Origin: an uncultured Acidobacteriota bacterium
Lineage (GTDB): Bacteria; Acidobacteriota; Terriglobia; Acidiferrales; UBA7541
Assembly: GCA_963720655.1 (NCBI GenBank)
Contig: CAVRFZ010000025.1
Span: 24,444 to 88,443, forward strand
Direction of reading: 5' to 3'
DNA length: 64,000 nucleotides
Within the stretch, counting starts at the first letter, position 1. Each line of letters begins with the position of its first letter. The notes below the pieces were generated by a model. It did not search any database. It saw only the letters and a program-made list of their open reading frames with translations, and was not told where the DNA came from. Positions 1-10,430 of this stretch are shown one piece after another. Both the position numbers and the translations under genes were made by a program.

Positions 1-1161
1 ACGGGACTCGGCATGCTCGCTCTCGCTTTGATCGTTGTTTTCGCGCGCTATGTGAAAAAAGTGCCAGGCTATATCGTGGCACTCTTTATCGGAACGGCGA
101 TCGTCGCTATTCTCAAGCTGCCGGTGGAAACCATCGGCACGCGCTTCGGAGGAATTCCCTCCGGCTTGCCAAAATTGCAAGTGCCGCAATTTCGTTTTGA
201 CCTGCTGCGACCGCTGATTTCTCCGGCCGTCACCGTCGCAATGCTGGGAGCGATCGAATCGCTAATGTCCGCGGTAGTTTCTGACCGCATGAGCGGGGAT
301 AAACACAATCCGAACGTCGAACTCGTGGCGCAGGGCGTTGCCAACATTTTTTCGCCGCTCTTCGGAGGCTTGCCGGCCACCGGGGCGATCGCTCGCACTG
401 CGACGAACATTCGCTCGGGCGCCAGGACCCCGGTTGCCGGAATGATTCATGCACTCACGTTGCTTGCGATTGTTCTATTCGCCGCGCCACTTGCCCGTTT
501 TATCCCCCTCGCGGTGCTCGCCGCGATTCTCTTCGTGGTTTCTTACAACATGGGCGAGTGGAGAGAAATTCCTGAGTTGCTGAAGCTGTCGCATCTGGAA
601 ATTGGGACCTGGGCGGTCACATTTCTGTTGACTGTGTTCGCAGATCTGACCGTTGCGGTGGAAGTCGGGATGATACTTGCCGCGCTCGTATTCATCCGTA
701 AGGTTACTTCCACAACCACCGTCTCCCAGGTGACCGAAGAATATGTTCGCGAAGGTTACGCGCACATGCTGCAGCACAAGGAAATTCCGCCGTACGTAAC
801 CATTTTCCGTATTCACGGTCCATTTCTTTTCGGCGCGACCGATAAGATCGAAGAAATCTTCTCGCAAATTGCGGAATTGCCGCCAATCGTAATTCTGCGA
901 CTGCGCAACATGACCGCGATTGACGCCACCGGACTACAAGCCTTGGAAAAACTTGCGGACGTGATCCACAGCTCCGGCCGGGAGCTCGTCCTATGCGGCG
1001 CGCGCGAACAGCCGGCGCGGCTAATGAGGCAGGCTGAGTTTGAGCAGCACGTCGGCGCAGAAAACATTTGCCGCAATGTGGAAGAAGCCCTGGAGCGAGC
1101 TAAGGCGCTTCACGCGGAGATGGCACCGCAGCGTGCGGGGGCAGTCGTTCTGGAAAGCTGA
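1..1161 (+). CDS. SulP-family anion transporter, C-terminal part with STAS domain (5' end outside window)
   Basis: The frame is open to base 1. A multi-TM core (GAIESLMSAVVSD, GGLPATGAIARTA) is followed by a STAS-like tail (FRIHGPFLFGATDKI, LRLRNMTAIDATGLQALEKL). Confidence 0.85.
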   Translation, partial: TGLGMLALALIVVFARYVKKVPGYIVALFIGTAIVAILKLPVETIGTRFGGIPSGLPKLQVPQFRFDLLRPLISPAVTVAMLGAIESLMSAVVSDRMSGDKHNPNVELVAQGVANIFSPLFGGLPATGAIARTATNIRSGARTPVAGMIHALTLLAIVLFAAPLARFIPLAVLAAILFVVSYNMGEWREIPELLKLSHLEIGTWAVTFLLTVFADLTVAVEVGMILAALVFIRKVTSTTTVSQVTEEYVREGYAHMLQHKEIPPYVTIFRIHGPFLFGATDKIEEIFSQIAELPPIVILRLRNMTAIDATGLQALEKLADVIHSSGRELVLCGAREQPARLMRQAEFEQHVGAENICRNVEEALERAKALHAEMAPQRAGAVVLES

Positions 1162-1216
1162 AAAGGCGAGACAGAACGAAAACATTTGGAGGGCCCCGGT
1201 TTAACCTTGGAGGCTG

Positions 1217-1744
1217 TTACGCGTTCGACTCCTGCGGCTTCCCCGCTTCTTTGGCGGTTTTGGCGCCCTCGTCGCGCGCTCGCTTCTTCTGTAGATATTC
1301 CCGCCACGTAAGGTAAATCAGGATGAGGTCGAAGATCGTAAGCAACACCAGAAAAATCGAATGCGTGTGCGTGAATCGATGCATCTGGTAGACGCAAAAC
1401 ACGCCGAACACAACCATCGTCAGCGGATAGGCCCACAATTTGTTCATCCAGAGACCGGCTACGAGCAAGGCCTTCGACAGTCCGTGCGTAATCAGATAAA
1501 TCGAAGCGAATTCCCTCCCGCCATTCGCGAGAGATTGGGTCCAATGAAAAAGGTGGGCAACAATCACTTCGTCGTACTTGCCCGGCAGGTCATGCAGTGC
1601 GGCAAACCGGAAAAATTCATTCATCGCGCTCGGCTTGATAAACCAGATCAGCACGCCGCCGATGCATTCGAGCAGGCCGTCGAATCCCTTGATCGCGATT
1701 CCGGCCTGGAAACTCTTATCGAGGAGTGAGCCGCCAAGTTTCAA
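1217..1744 (-). CDS. DUF2127-like small membrane protein
   Basis: 175 aa with four hydrophobic helices and a basic C-terminal tail. The pattern resembles DUF2127; the family call was made by eye only. Confidence 0.6.
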   Translation of the reverse strand: MKLGGSLLDKSFQAGIAIKGFDGLLECIGGVLIWFIKPSAMNEFFRFAALHDLPGKYDEVIVAHLFHWTQSLANGGREFASIYLITHGLSKALLVAGLWMNKLWAYPLTMVVFGVFCVYQMHRFTHTHSIFLVLLTIFDLILIYLTWREYLQKKRARDEGAKTAKEAGKPQESNA

Positions 1745-1754
1745 ATGAATCCCG

Positions 1755-2408
1755 TCAGGTTGCGTGTTCGAGCGATTTCAATTCTTCGCGGAGGTAGTCT
1801 CGCCAACTTTCGGGCAGGGCTTCCAGATTCGCTGCGCGTCTCAAAAGGTTAGCATCTTTCCCGCCATCTCTGTAGAGCGCGTTGATCTCGGCGATACTGA
1901 TTCTTTCGGGGTCTTCGTGAATTCTTTGGATTGGGTCACCGGCTCTTACGATTCCTTGTTGCTCCACCGCAAGATAAAATCCGGATCGTCCATTCGTGAG
2001 CATGCGTTTCAGCATGTCGTCGCGCTGGAATTTCAGCGCGAGTTTGTAGCACGGAGTTCGCGGTTGCGTCACGATCACGATTGCTTCGCCGATTCGAAAT
2101 TTGTCCCCGATGTGAATTTCGTCCTCCAGCATTCCTTCGGTCGTGAGGTTCTCGCCGAACATTCCCCAGGGCAGCGCCATCTCCGACAGTTCGGTTTTCC
2201 AGAGCGGATAGTGCTCCGACGGGTATGCATACACCGCTTTAGCCGGGCCGCCGTGGACGGTCAAGTCAGCCTGGCGATCGCCGTCGAGGTTCAAGCGTCG
2301 CATCATCACAGGTCCCTCGATTGGTTCTTTGAAGATTCCGGTGCGGACTTGGTGGCCTTTCCAGACCACGGTGCGCGGCACGGCCACGTTGAGCGAAATA
2401 AGCTTCAT
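1755..2408 (-). CDS. MOSC domain protein (YiiM-like)
   Basis: 217 aa with GDRQADLTVHGG and the conserved Cys motif QPRTPCYKL typical of MOSC/YiiM proteins. Confidence 0.85.
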   Translation of the reverse strand: MKLISLNVAVPRTVVWKGHQVRTGIFKEPIEGPVMMRRLNLDGDRQADLTVHGGPAKAVYAYPSEHYPLWKTELSEMALPWGMFGENLTTEGMLEDEIHIGDKFRIGEAIVIVTQPRTPCYKLALKFQRDDMLKRMLTNGRSGFYLAVEQQGIVRAGDPIQRIHEDPERISIAEINALYRDGGKDANLLRRAANLEALPESWRDYLREELKSLEHAT

Positions 2409-2424
2409 TGAGGAATTCTCTCTG

Positions 2425-3426
2425 TCACGACCTGCAATCCAGCACTGCCGCGCCGTTGATGCGATCCGCCTTCAAATCATTCAAGGCACGATTGGCTTCG
2501 CGCAGCGGAAAGAGAGTAACCTCGCTGCGGATCGGAATTTCGGCCGCGACTCGTAGGAAATCCTTGCCATCGTTGCGTGTGTTGTTTGCGACGCTTCGTA
2601 TCACGCGCTCCTCGTAGAGCAAACCGTAGTCGAATTCCGGAATCGGGCTCATGTGAATTCCGCCGAGGACCAGCACTCCGGCTTTCTTCAGCGCCTTCAG
2701 CGCCGGCGGAACTAATTCACCGGCCGGCGCAAACATGATGGCCGCGTCGATTTTGTCCGGAGGTGCGTCGGCGGCTTCGCCTACCCACACGGCGCCCAGT
2801 TTGCGAGCCAGCTCCTGATGCTTTTTGCCGCGTGTGGCCGCGTAAACTTCCGCGCCCCAATGCCGCGCCACCTGAATTGCCACGTGCCCCGCGGCGCCAA
2901 AGCCGTACAACGCAAGGCGTCCGCCTTTTTTGATTCCCGAAATCCGTAGGCAGCGGAAACCGATGATTCCGGCACAGAGAAGAGGAGCGGCCTGTTCATC
3001 GTCAAAGCTTTCCGGAATCTCGTATACAAAATCCTCCAGCGCCACGGCGTACTCCGCGTAGCCTCCATCCACGGTGTAGCCGGTAAACTCCGGATGGTCG
3101 CAGAGATTTTCCATTCCTGCGCGGCAGTATTCGCAGCTCTGATCCGTGCTATGAAGCCACGCAATTCCCACGCGCGCCCCCACGCGAAATCGCCGAGCCC
3201 CCTCTCCGCATTTCTCGACTGTGCCAACGACCTGGTGCCCGGGGATCACAGGAGATTTTCGCGGCGGCAATTCGCCTTCAACCACGTGCAAGTCAGTGCG
3301 GCAGACTCCACAAAAATGCACGCGGACCAGTATTTCACCCTTTCCGGGATGCGGAACGGGAACGTCGGCAAATTCCAGCGGATTCGTTTCAATCCGTGCT
3401 GCGGCCCGCAGAACGCACGCTTTCAT
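2425..3426 (-). CDS. zinc-dependent alcohol dehydrogenase (MDR family)
   Basis: CGVCRTDLH catalytic-zinc motif, [12 protein letters not shown] structural-zinc motif, GFGAAGH Rossmann motif. I placed the start at MKACVL (3426) rather than at the ORF-track start 3468. Confidence 0.85.
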   Translation of the reverse strand: MKACVLRAAARIETNPLEFADVPVPHPGKGEILVRVHFCGVCRTDLHVVEGELPPRKSPVIPGHQVVGTVEKCGEGARRFRVGARVGIAWLHSTDQSCEYCRAGMENLCDHPEFTGYTVDGGYAEYAVALEDFVYEIPESFDDEQAAPLLCAGIIGFRCLRISGIKKGGRLALYGFGAAGHVAIQVARHWGAEVYAATRGKKHQELARKLGAVWVGEAADAPPDKIDAAIMFAPAGELVPPALKALKKAGVLVLGGIHMSPIPEFDYGLLYEERVIRSVANNTRNDGKDFLRVAAEIPIRSEVTLFPLREANRALNDLKADRINGAAVLDCRS

Positions 3427-4318
3427 TTTTCGATCCTTCTTTTCCCAGCCCCGCGTCTTCGGACACATTCAGCGCGATGGCGGACCAATCGAGATCGCCA
3501 CGGCCTTTGGCGACCGCTGAAACCCAGCGGTCATGCATCAGGCTGCCGAGCGGCAGGGGCGTGGTGCTGGCGGCGGCCATCTGCAAAATCAGATTGACGT
3601 CCTTCAACCCCAGCGTGAGCCGGAAGCCGGCGGGTTCAAAGCGCTGTTCGGCTATCTGGTTGGCGTAACCGGCGTGCAGAGGGGAAAATTTGCCGATCAT
3701 CTCCGCGACGGCTTTCTTGCTCACGCCGCTCTTTTCCGCGAGAGTCAACATTTCCGCGAGCGTCTCGATGGTTGCGGCCACCATGAAATTTCCGCACAAC
3801 TTGACCACGTTGGCGGCGCCGGGATCCTCGCCGAAATCGAATAGGCCCTGGCCGATGGCGTTTTGAATCGGCTCGGCGCGCTGCTTGGCGGCGGCCGCAC
3901 CGGACGTGCAAACCCACAGGCGCTTTGCCGCCGCCGCATCGGGGCGGCCGAACACCGGCGAGGCCACATAGGCCACTTGATGTTTGGCATGATGCTCGGC
4001 CAAGCGACGGGAGGTTACGGGCGAGATAGTGCTGAGCGAGACGTGAATTCCGCCGGGGCCCAGCCGTTCGACGAATGAGCCGCTCGCCAAGCACAAATCC
4101 TCCAAGGCACGGTCGTCCGCTACCATCGTCACGACGATCCCGCCGGACTGCGCTGCGTCCGCTGGTTTCGACGCAAGTGTGGCGCCTTTTTCGACGAGCG
4201 CAGCAGCTTTTGCAGCCGTTCGGTTGTACACCCGCAGGCCATAACCGGCCTTGAGCAGATTCGCAGCAATCGGTGCTCCCATGTTTCCCAACCCTATAAA
4301 TCCGAGTGTCTCTGGCAT
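3389..4318 (-). CDS. NAD(P)-dependent oxidoreductase, 3-hydroxyisobutyrate/6-phosphogluconate dehydrogenase family
   Basis: N-terminal [13 protein letters not shown] dinucleotide fold, 309 aa, HIBADH-like length. Its 3' end overlaps the ADH start by about 38 nt. Confidence 0.85.
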   Translation of the reverse strand: MPETLGFIGLGNMGAPIAANLLKAGYGLRVYNRTAAKAAALVEKGATLASKPADAAQSGGIVVTMVADDRALEDLCLASGSFVERLGPGGIHVSLSTISPVTSRRLAEHHAKHQVAYVASPVFGRPDAAAAKRLWVCTSGAAAAKQRAEPIQNAIGQGLFDFGEDPGAANVVKLCGNFMVAATIETLAEMLTLAEKSGVSKKAVAEMIGKFSPLHAGYANQIAEQRFEPAGFRLTLGLKDVNLILQMAAASTTPLPLGSLMHDRWVSAVAKGRGDLDWSAIALNVSEDAGLGKEGSKNESVRSAGRSTD

Positions 4319-4478
4319 TGTGGATGTCCTCCGTCGGACGCTTATTTGCTGAGCAGGTCGCTATTCAATGGATGCGCCTCGCGATTAGTATGACTCATTT
4401 CCAGACTGTTAAATCTCGGTGCCGCTGGTTGCCGCGCGAGGGCGCGCTCTTCCGTGATTTAATGTCCCGGGGGCAGCG

Positions 4479-5441
4479 ATGGCGAAGAAGAGTTTCAAAC
4501 AGCTTTCCGAGCGGGAAATTCTGGCGCTGGCTATTTTTCTCGAGGAAGAAGACGGGCGCGTTTACGGCGATTTCGCGGACGGCCTTCGCGAGAGCTATCC
4601 AGCCACCGCCAAGATGTTCGAGGAGATGCAGGCGGAGGAGTCAGGGCACCGACAGGCGCTAATCGATCTCTATCGCCAGAAATTCGGCGAGCACATCCCG
4701 TTGATTCGCCGGCAGGATGTGAAAGGTTTTATCGAACGCCGTCCTGAATGGCTCGTGCGCCCGCTGGGAATCCAGAATGTCCGCAAGCAAGCCGAGGTGA
4801 TGGAACTTGAAACACGGCGCTTCTATGAACGCTCTATCAGCCACGTAACGGATGCTTCGATTCGCAAGCTTCTGGGCGACCTGGCGGAGGTCGAGCGGCA
4901 GCATTACGCCAAGGCAGAATCGCTCGAAAAGCAGCAGGTCACTACGGGCGCGCGCGGCGAGGAAGAAAAGGCCGGCCGGCGAATGTTCATGCTGCAGATT
5001 ATTCAGCCGGGGCTCGCGGGATTGATGGACGGCTCCGTGTCGACGCTGGCCCCTATCTTTGCCGCAGCGCTCGCGACGCATAGCAGTTGGGACGCGTTCC
5101 GCGTCGGACTTGCAGCATCGCTCGGCGCCGGAATTTCGATGGCATTTGCCGAGGCGCTTTCAGACGATGGCTCGCTCACAGGGCGAGGGCGCCCGGTGAT
5201 CCGCGGCCTTGTGACAGGCCTAATGACGGCTGCAGGCGGAATTGGACACACGCTGCCATTTCTCATCACAAATTTTCATGCGGCGCTCGTTGCGGCGATG
5301 GTCGTGGTGGCGATCGAGCTGGCGATTATCAGCTATGTCCGGCATCGTTATATGGACACGCCCCTCTTTGCGTCTTCACTGCAGGTGGTGGTGGGAGGCG
5401 GTCTCGTGTTTGCTGTGGGAATCATAATCGGGAGTTCGTGA
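4479..5441 (+). CDS. erythrin-VIT1 fusion (ferritin-like domain + VIT1/CCC1 iron transporter domain)
   Basis: The N-terminal half has rubrerythrin/ferritin-like ExxH pairs ([16 protein letters not shown]). The C-terminal half is Gly/Ala-rich TM helices typical of VIT1/CCC1. Confidence 0.8.
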   Translation: MAKKSFKQLSEREILALAIFLEEEDGRVYGDFADGLRESYPATAKMFEEMQAEESGHRQALIDLYRQKFGEHIPLIRRQDVKGFIERRPEWLVRPLGIQNVRKQAEVMELETRRFYERSISHVTDASIRKLLGDLAEVERQHYAKAESLEKQQVTTGARGEEEKAGRRMFMLQIIQPGLAGLMDGSVSTLAPIFAAALATHSSWDAFRVGLAASLGAGISMAFAEALSDDGSLTGRGRPVIRGLVTGLMTAAGGIGHTLPFLITNFHAALVAAMVVVAIELAIISYVRHRYMDTPLFASSLQVVVGGGLVFAVGIIIGSS

Positions 5442-5458
5442 TTACAAAGGAGCCGTTG

Positions 5459-6469
5459 ATGATGAATCGGACCGTAGTAGGATTCGCGCTCGCGCTGTTT
5501 TGCGCGCCGCTCGCTTGCGCTCAAAATGTGGTGAAGTATCACACGACGATGGACGACGTGAAGTACACCTACAACAGCACCTCGGCGCCGGTCGCAAAAT
5601 TAGCCCCCGAAGACATTCTCGAAACGAACACCGTGGACGCCTTCGGCAACGCGCTTCAAAAGCCAGGCGACACGTTGGCGCTCGTAAAAGGCGACAACCC
5701 GTTGAGCGGACCCTTTTATATCGAGACCGCGGAACCAGGCGACACACTCGCGATTGAATTTCTCAAGATGGAGGTGGACTCTTCGCAGGGCGTTGGCGCG
5801 TTCGCTCCGGGTTTCGGCGCGCTGAATGAGACGTTCTACACGCCGATGGTCCATCCTCCGCTGCCCGAGCGTATTTGGTTTTATCCGATCGACAATGCGG
5901 CGGGCACCGCCACGTTTCACGCCCTCGACTCAAATTTTTCCGTGAAGTTCCCGTTGCATCCGTTCTTAGGCTGCATCGGAGTGGCGCCCGCAGGCGCCGA
6001 GGCGCGCAGCTCAGTGGTACCGGCTGAGTTCGGCGGCAATATGGACGCGCCGGAAGCGAGCGTGGGCAACACGCTCTACCTTCCCGTAAACGTTCGCGGC
6101 GCGCTGCTCTACATGGGTGACGGACACGCGGCGATGGGCGACGGCGAAGTGGCAGGCACAGCGGTTGAGGTTCCGCTGCGAGTCCGGATGCGTGTCTCGG
6201 TGATTAAGGGCAAAAAGATCGATTGGCCGCGCTTCGAAAATACCGACGAAATCATGGCCGCCGGAATCTACCGCCCGCTCGATGATTCGCTGCGAATCGC
6301 GTTCACGCAGCTAATTAGCTGGATTCATGCCGATTACGGGCTTTCGGAGCTCGACGCGTATGAACTGCTCTCAAAGGTGGCGAAGATACACCTCACCGAG
6401 ATGGTGGATCCGAACTACGTGATCATTGCGAAGATCGAAAAGAAATACCTTCCAGCCAAGATTCACTAA
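5459..6469 (+). CDS. acetamidase/formamidase-family amidohydrolase with signal peptide
   Basis: The start is set at MMNRTVVGFALALFCAPLACAQ (a signal peptide). GGNMDAPE and YMGDGHAAMGDGEV motifs match the FmdA/AmdA family. The upstream ORF extension overlaps the VIT1 gene. Confidence 0.8.
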   Translation: MMNRTVVGFALALFCAPLACAQNVVKYHTTMDDVKYTYNSTSAPVAKLAPEDILETNTVDAFGNALQKPGDTLALVKGDNPLSGPFYIETAEPGDTLAIEFLKMEVDSSQGVGAFAPGFGALNETFYTPMVHPPLPERIWFYPIDNAAGTATFHALDSNFSVKFPLHPFLGCIGVAPAGAEARSSVVPAEFGGNMDAPEASVGNTLYLPVNVRGALLYMGDGHAAMGDGEVAGTAVEVPLRVRMRVSVIKGKKIDWPRFENTDEIMAAGIYRPLDDSLRIAFTQLISWIHADYGLSELDAYELLSKVAKIHLTEMVDPNYVIIAKIEKKYLPAKIH

Positions 6470-6507
6470 CGAACCTTATCCAATGGTCGGTAGCGACAGG
6501 CCAATTG

Positions 6508-6602
6508 TGTCGATTAGACCCAGATTTCTAATCGAGACACCACGATTAAAAATGCCCGTATCTAGCTTAAAAACATACATTTGCAAATTTCTAATCGAGA
6601 CA
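6508..6602 (+). promoter_or_regulatory. repeat cluster: TGTCGATTAGA (inverted) plus two direct copies of ATTTCTAATCGAGACA
   Basis: The 16-nt motif is exact at 6524-6539 and 6587-6602 (63 nt apart). An inverted partial copy lies at 6508-6518. The cluster sits in an AT-richer spacer between the formamidase stop and the DUF3147 genes. Confidence 0.4.
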
Positions 6603-6766
6603 AAAAAGCCTTTTCGTTGTGGAGCTCGTATCGAGTGAGAAATCGCGGGAAAGGCTCAGAGGCGCGCCAGCATACCGAGAAGTGCTGATTTCAATATGCC
6701 GAGAGCTGCGCTGTAATCTCCCCGTAACATTTGCGATGGCGTGTAATTTTGCCGAGCAATCGACCC

Positions 6767-7105
6767 ATGCAAATCCTATTCCGCTTCGTCATTGGCGGTC
6801 TTGTCGTATCGCTGTTCGCTGCGTTTGCCGACGCATTGAAGCCCAAGAGCTTTGCCGGCCTCTTCGCCGCGGCGCCTTCGGTAGCGATAGGCACTCTTGG
6901 GTTGACGATTTTGAGCGAAGGGAAATTATTCGCGGCTACCGAAGCGCGGTCGATGATCTTTGGCGCGATTGCTCTGTTCTTCTACGCGATGGCGGCGATG
7001 CGGCTGATGATGAGGTACAAGCTGAATGCTGCTCCAGCAGCGTTCTCAGCCATTGCGGTGTGGATGATTTGCGCGATGGGAGTTTGGTACGTGTTGTTGC
7101 GCTGA
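6767..7105 (+). CDS. DUF3147-like small membrane protein
   Basis: The start is taken at MQILFRFVIGG. There are four hydrophobic helices, and the gene abuts a paralogous downstream gene. Confidence 0.6.
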   Translation: MQILFRFVIGGLVVSLFAAFADALKPKSFAGLFAAAPSVAIGTLGLTILSEGKLFAATEARSMIFGAIALFFYAMAAMRLMMRYKLNAAPAAFSAIAVWMICAMGVWYVLLR

Positions 7106-7591
7106 TTGCGAATGAGAGTTCACTTCGACATTTCGGATTTGAAAGATACGAAATGGTATGAGTTAGCCACGCGCTTTCTCTTCGGAGGCGCGATCACCGC
7201 TATCACCGGAATACTAGCGAACCGCTACGGACCCGTGTTCGGCGGTTTGTTCCTCGCTTTCCCTGCCCTTTTTCCCGCGAGCGCCACTCTGCTCGAGAAA
7301 CACGAGCGAGAAAAGAAAAGAAGAGCGGGAATAGCAAACACCAGTCGCGGGCGAGAGGCTGCTGCTCTGGATGCGCGCGGCGCAGCGATCGGAAGTATCG
7401 GCCTCGCCGGTTTCGCACTTATAGCGTGGAAGCTCGTGCCCATGTCGAACGGCGTGATCGCGCTTTTTGGAGCGCTTGTGGTGTGGGCCGCGATTTCAGT
7501 TCTGATCTGGCGTCTGCGCAGGCACCGCCTTTTTCTCCGCAAAGGTCACGCTGGCACTGCCTCGCACGCGCCTGTTTCGCCAAAGGGTTGA
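7106..7591 (+). CDS. DUF3147-like membrane protein (second paralog)
   Basis: TTG at 7106 or ATG at 7112. The RFLFGGAITAITG helix resembles the upstream paralog. A central basic loop is followed by C-terminal helices. Confidence 0.55.
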   Translation: MRMRVHFDISDLKDTKWYELATRFLFGGAITAITGILANRYGPVFGGLFLAFPALFPASATLLEKHEREKKRRAGIANTSRGREAAALDARGAAIGSIGLAGFALIAWKLVPMSNGVIALFGALVVWAAISVLIWRLRRHRLFLRKGHAGTASHAPVSPKG

Positions 7592-7592
7592 C

Positions 7593-8162
7593 TTACGCTT
7601 TGCGGCGAGCCGCTTTTCTGCCGTCTTCGATTCGACGCCATGCTTCTGCGGGACCTTTTACGTCGAGAATTCGATATTTCTTACCCAGATGCCTGTGGTA
7701 GTTGACGAAGAACTCTTCTAGTTCCTGCACGAATTTCTTGCCCAGGTCATCAATGTGCTTGACGTAGGCGTAGCTGTGATTTTCTTCCTCGACGCCGACG
7801 ATCCGATCGTTGCGCTGCCCTTTCTTTTTCTTGCCCTGCTCTCCTTCAATCACCCCGATCACCCGGCATTTCACGAGCACTCCGGGAAAAGCGGGCTCGT
7901 CCATTAGAACCAAAACATCCGTAGGATCGCCGTCCTCCGCTTTGGTCGAGGGAATAAAACCGAAGTCGTAAGGAAACGTCATGCCGGCGGGCAGGACCTT
8001 CGCGAGCGCGAACACTTCCTGTTCCGGGTCAAACGCGAATTTGTTCCGGCTGCCTTTGGGAGTTTCGACGATGACCTGGATCCTGCTTTGGAGGTCTTTA
8101 TCGAATGGCGCGAGGCGCGTCGGGTCGGCGAGAACGCCGCGTGATTTGATTTTTGTGGGCAT
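7593..8162 (-). CDS. ppa: inorganic pyrophosphatase
   Basis: VIVETPKGSRNKF, YPYDFGFIP-like (FPYDFGFIPST) and DGDPTDVLVL are family I PPase signatures. Confidence 0.9.
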   Translation of the reverse strand: MPTKIKSRGVLADPTRLAPFDKDLQSRIQVIVETPKGSRNKFAFDPEQEVFALAKVLPAGMTFPYDFGFIPSTKAEDGDPTDVLVLMDEPAFPGVLVKCRVIGVIEGEQGKKKKGQRNDRIVGVEEENHSYAYVKHIDDLGKKFVQELEEFFVNYHRHLGKKYRILDVKGPAEAWRRIEDGRKAARRKA

Positions 8163-8452
8163 CGGTCAGTCGTTGTTGAACAAACTACCAGCGGCTTTCA
8201 AGGTTCCACAACTTCGCGTGCGGGCTCTCTCGCGGGAGAGCCTCCTGAGTCGAACATGAAATCCTATCGAGCGTCCTCCCCGTCCGTCGATACAGTGAAA
8301 GGCTTACTTTTTGCTGCCACATTGCTGGTGAAGGCCCGGCAACACGGGCAGCAGCAAAAAAAACTGAAGAGTGTATTGCGAAGCGGCACGGGAGCAAAGT
8401 ACTCTGGAACCTAGCGAATCGCCTTTTGTTAATAGGAAATCGGAGGAAATCG

Positions 8453-8704
8453 GTGGCTAAGACATTCGAAGTGGAAATCAAGTTTGAGGATCGCGAGAAG
8501 GGGCCGGGAACCGTGGCGGGGAAAGCCATCGTTACGGCCGGCACCATGGCGGCGGCAATCGGAAAAGGCGTGCGCGAGATTCTCGATAAGACGGATCGAA
8601 AGCAGAATTTCGACATGCAGAAACACGGTGTCGAAATTTTGGTGCGGTCTTCTGCGGACGCGGGCGAGTCTGACGAAGCAGCCGAGTCAGCGGCCGGCGC
8701 ATAA
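8453..8704 (+). CDS. hypothetical small protein (83 aa)
   Basis: A GTG start lies 6 nt after GGAGGA. I recognised no family. The C-terminal tail is acidic. Confidence 0.4.
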   Translation: MAKTFEVEIKFEDREKGPGTVAGKAIVTAGTMAAAIGKGVREILDKTDRKQNFDMQKHGVEILVRSSADAGESDEAAESAAGA

Positions 8705-8883
8705 CCGCAGAAAAATTCGGACCGTCATCTGCTCTAGTTTCTGGACGACGGCCGAGCTCCGTATTCGACTCACCCGAATAATCAAACCTCCAAATTTTAA
8801 GGGCCTTTGGCTACGTGGCGCGAACTCTCGTCGTGGGCTAGGGCGTAGCGCACCCGTCCGTTGACACGCAGGCGCGTTGACAT

Positions 8884-10371
8884 GTGGGCGCGTCGCACCT
8901 AGAATCGCGGCCTAAATCGCACAGGCCAGGCTCTGATTCGAGAATTAGTGCGATTCTCGCGGAGCCGCTAATAGCGGAGACAGCCATCACACCCGGTCCG
9001 GGTAGGCCCAAAATAGCGATTGTGGACGACGATGCCGGGTTGCGCGCAAAGATTGCGTCTGCTCTGCGTTCAGATTTTGAAGTTCTCGAAGGCGAGGACT
9101 ACGACGCAGCGGTAAAGTTGCTGGAAGAGCGAGAGTTGGATGTGTTGCTGTTGGGGTTGCCCATCGCGTCCGGCGGCGTGCGGGAGTGCACTGAGTTGTT
9201 GTCAAGGCTGGACGGAAGCAACATCGACACGCTCGTGATCGTGCTGAGTTCCGATGAAAAGAAATCCACCGCGCTGAAGGTCATCGACGCGGGCTCTTAC
9301 GACTACTTCATCAAGCCAATCGACACGGACGTGCTCCGGCACCTGCTCGAGCGCGCAGTCGAGAAGCTGCACATCCAGCGCGAGAACCGGCTGCTGCGCG
9401 AGGAAATCAGCCGGAAGAACGCGCTCGGCGATCTGATCGGGACAACGGACTCGATGCGGCATGTGTTCGACTCAATCAAGCGGATGGCCCGGGCGACGAC
9501 CAACGTGATAATTCGCGGAGAGAGCGGCGTCGGAAAAGAGCTGGTGGCCCGCGCCCTCCACGAGCAGAGCCCGCGGCGAAACCGCGCTTTCATCAGCGTA
9601 AATTGCGCGGCGCTGCCCGAGGGGCTAATGGAGGCTGAGCTTTTTGGGTACGAGAAGGGGGCCTTTACAGGAGCAGTGGGAACGAAAGAAGGCCGCGTGG
9701 AGCTGGCCCATCAGGGAACACTGTTCCTCGATGAGATTGCAACGTTGACGCCACCATTACAGAGCAAGCTACTGCGGGTGCTGGAGGACCGGTCGCTGAC
9801 GAGGTTGGGCGGAAAGAAGCAGATCAAGGTGGATTTCCGGCTAATCAGCGCGACGAACGAGGACCTGGAAGAGATGGTGCGGGACGACCGGTTCCGCGAG
9901 GACCTGTATTACAGGATCCATGTGGTGCCGATTTTCGTGCCCGCGTTGCGCGAACGGGTAGAGGATATCCCTGTGCTGGCGGAGTATTTCGTCAGCGTCT
10001 ATTGCGCGGCCAATAGCTTTCCGGCGAAGCGTATCGCCGACGACGCCATGCAAGCGTTAAAACGCTACCCGTGGCCGGGCAACGTGCGCGAACTGGAGAA
10101 TGCGATTCAGAGGCTGGTGATCATGACGGACGGAGAAACGATTGAGCTCAAGGATCTGCCGATCGACATCATGCAGGTAGTCAGCCGGGACAGGGGACGG
10201 GTTAGGCTGTCGGGAAACGGGATCAATCTGGACAGAGAGATCGAGGCCTTCGAGCGACGGTGGGTGCAGGAAGCATTGGAACAATCGAAACAGGTAAAGT
10301 CAGAGGCGGCACGACTGCTGGGTGTCGATCGGAACCGATTGAACTACCTGTGCCGTAAGTACAGCCTGTGA
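8884..10371 (+). CDS. sigma-54-dependent transcriptional activator (receiver-like domain + AAA+ + Fis-type HTH)
   Basis: Walker A GESGVGKE, sigma-54 contact loop GAFTGA, C-terminal HTH AARLLGVDRNRLNYLCRKY. The receiver-like N-terminus has DVLLLGLP where the phospho-Asp is expected. The start codon is uncertain. Confidence 0.9.
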   Translation: MGASHLESRPKSHRPGSDSRISAILAEPLIAETAITPGPGRPKIAIVDDDAGLRAKIASALRSDFEVLEGEDYDAAVKLLEERELDVLLLGLPIASGGVRECTELLSRLDGSNIDTLVIVLSSDEKKSTALKVIDAGSYDYFIKPIDTDVLRHLLERAVEKLHIQRENRLLREEISRKNALGDLIGTTDSMRHVFDSIKRMARATTNVIIRGESGVGKELVARALHEQSPRRNRAFISVNCAALPEGLMEAELFGYEKGAFTGAVGTKEGRVELAHQGTLFLDEIATLTPPLQSKLLRVLEDRSLTRLGGKKQIKVDFRLISATNEDLEEMVRDDRFREDLYYRIHVVPIFVPALRERVEDIPVLAEYFVSVYCAANSFPAKRIADDAMQALKRYPWPGNVRELENAIQRLVIMTDGETIELKDLPIDIMQVVSRDRGRVRLSGNGINLDREIEAFERRWVQEALEQSKQVKSEAARLLGVDRNRLNYLCRKYSL

Positions 10372-10430
10372 TCCGGGTCTGCTTGCACAGGAGACTGGTA
10401 TCCGTATTTGCACATGGTGAAAAATTCATT

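Noticed and set aside
1764-2411. 215-aa plus-strand ORF
   Set aside because: It is exactly antisense to the well-supported MOSC gene. It carries no recognisable motifs and has the Arg/Ser-rich composition typical of shadow ORFs in GC-rich DNA.
4383-4401. Fur-box-like sequence GATTAGTATGACTCATTTC upstream of the erythrin-VIT1 gene
   Set aside because: Only about 10 of 19 positions match the GATAATGATAATCATTATC consensus, and the dyad symmetry is poor.
5087-5458. Upstream extension of the formamidase ORF (ORF-track start 5087)
   Set aside because: The extension overlaps the 3' third of the VIT1 gene in another frame. The Met-Met at 5459 is followed by a canonical signal peptide.
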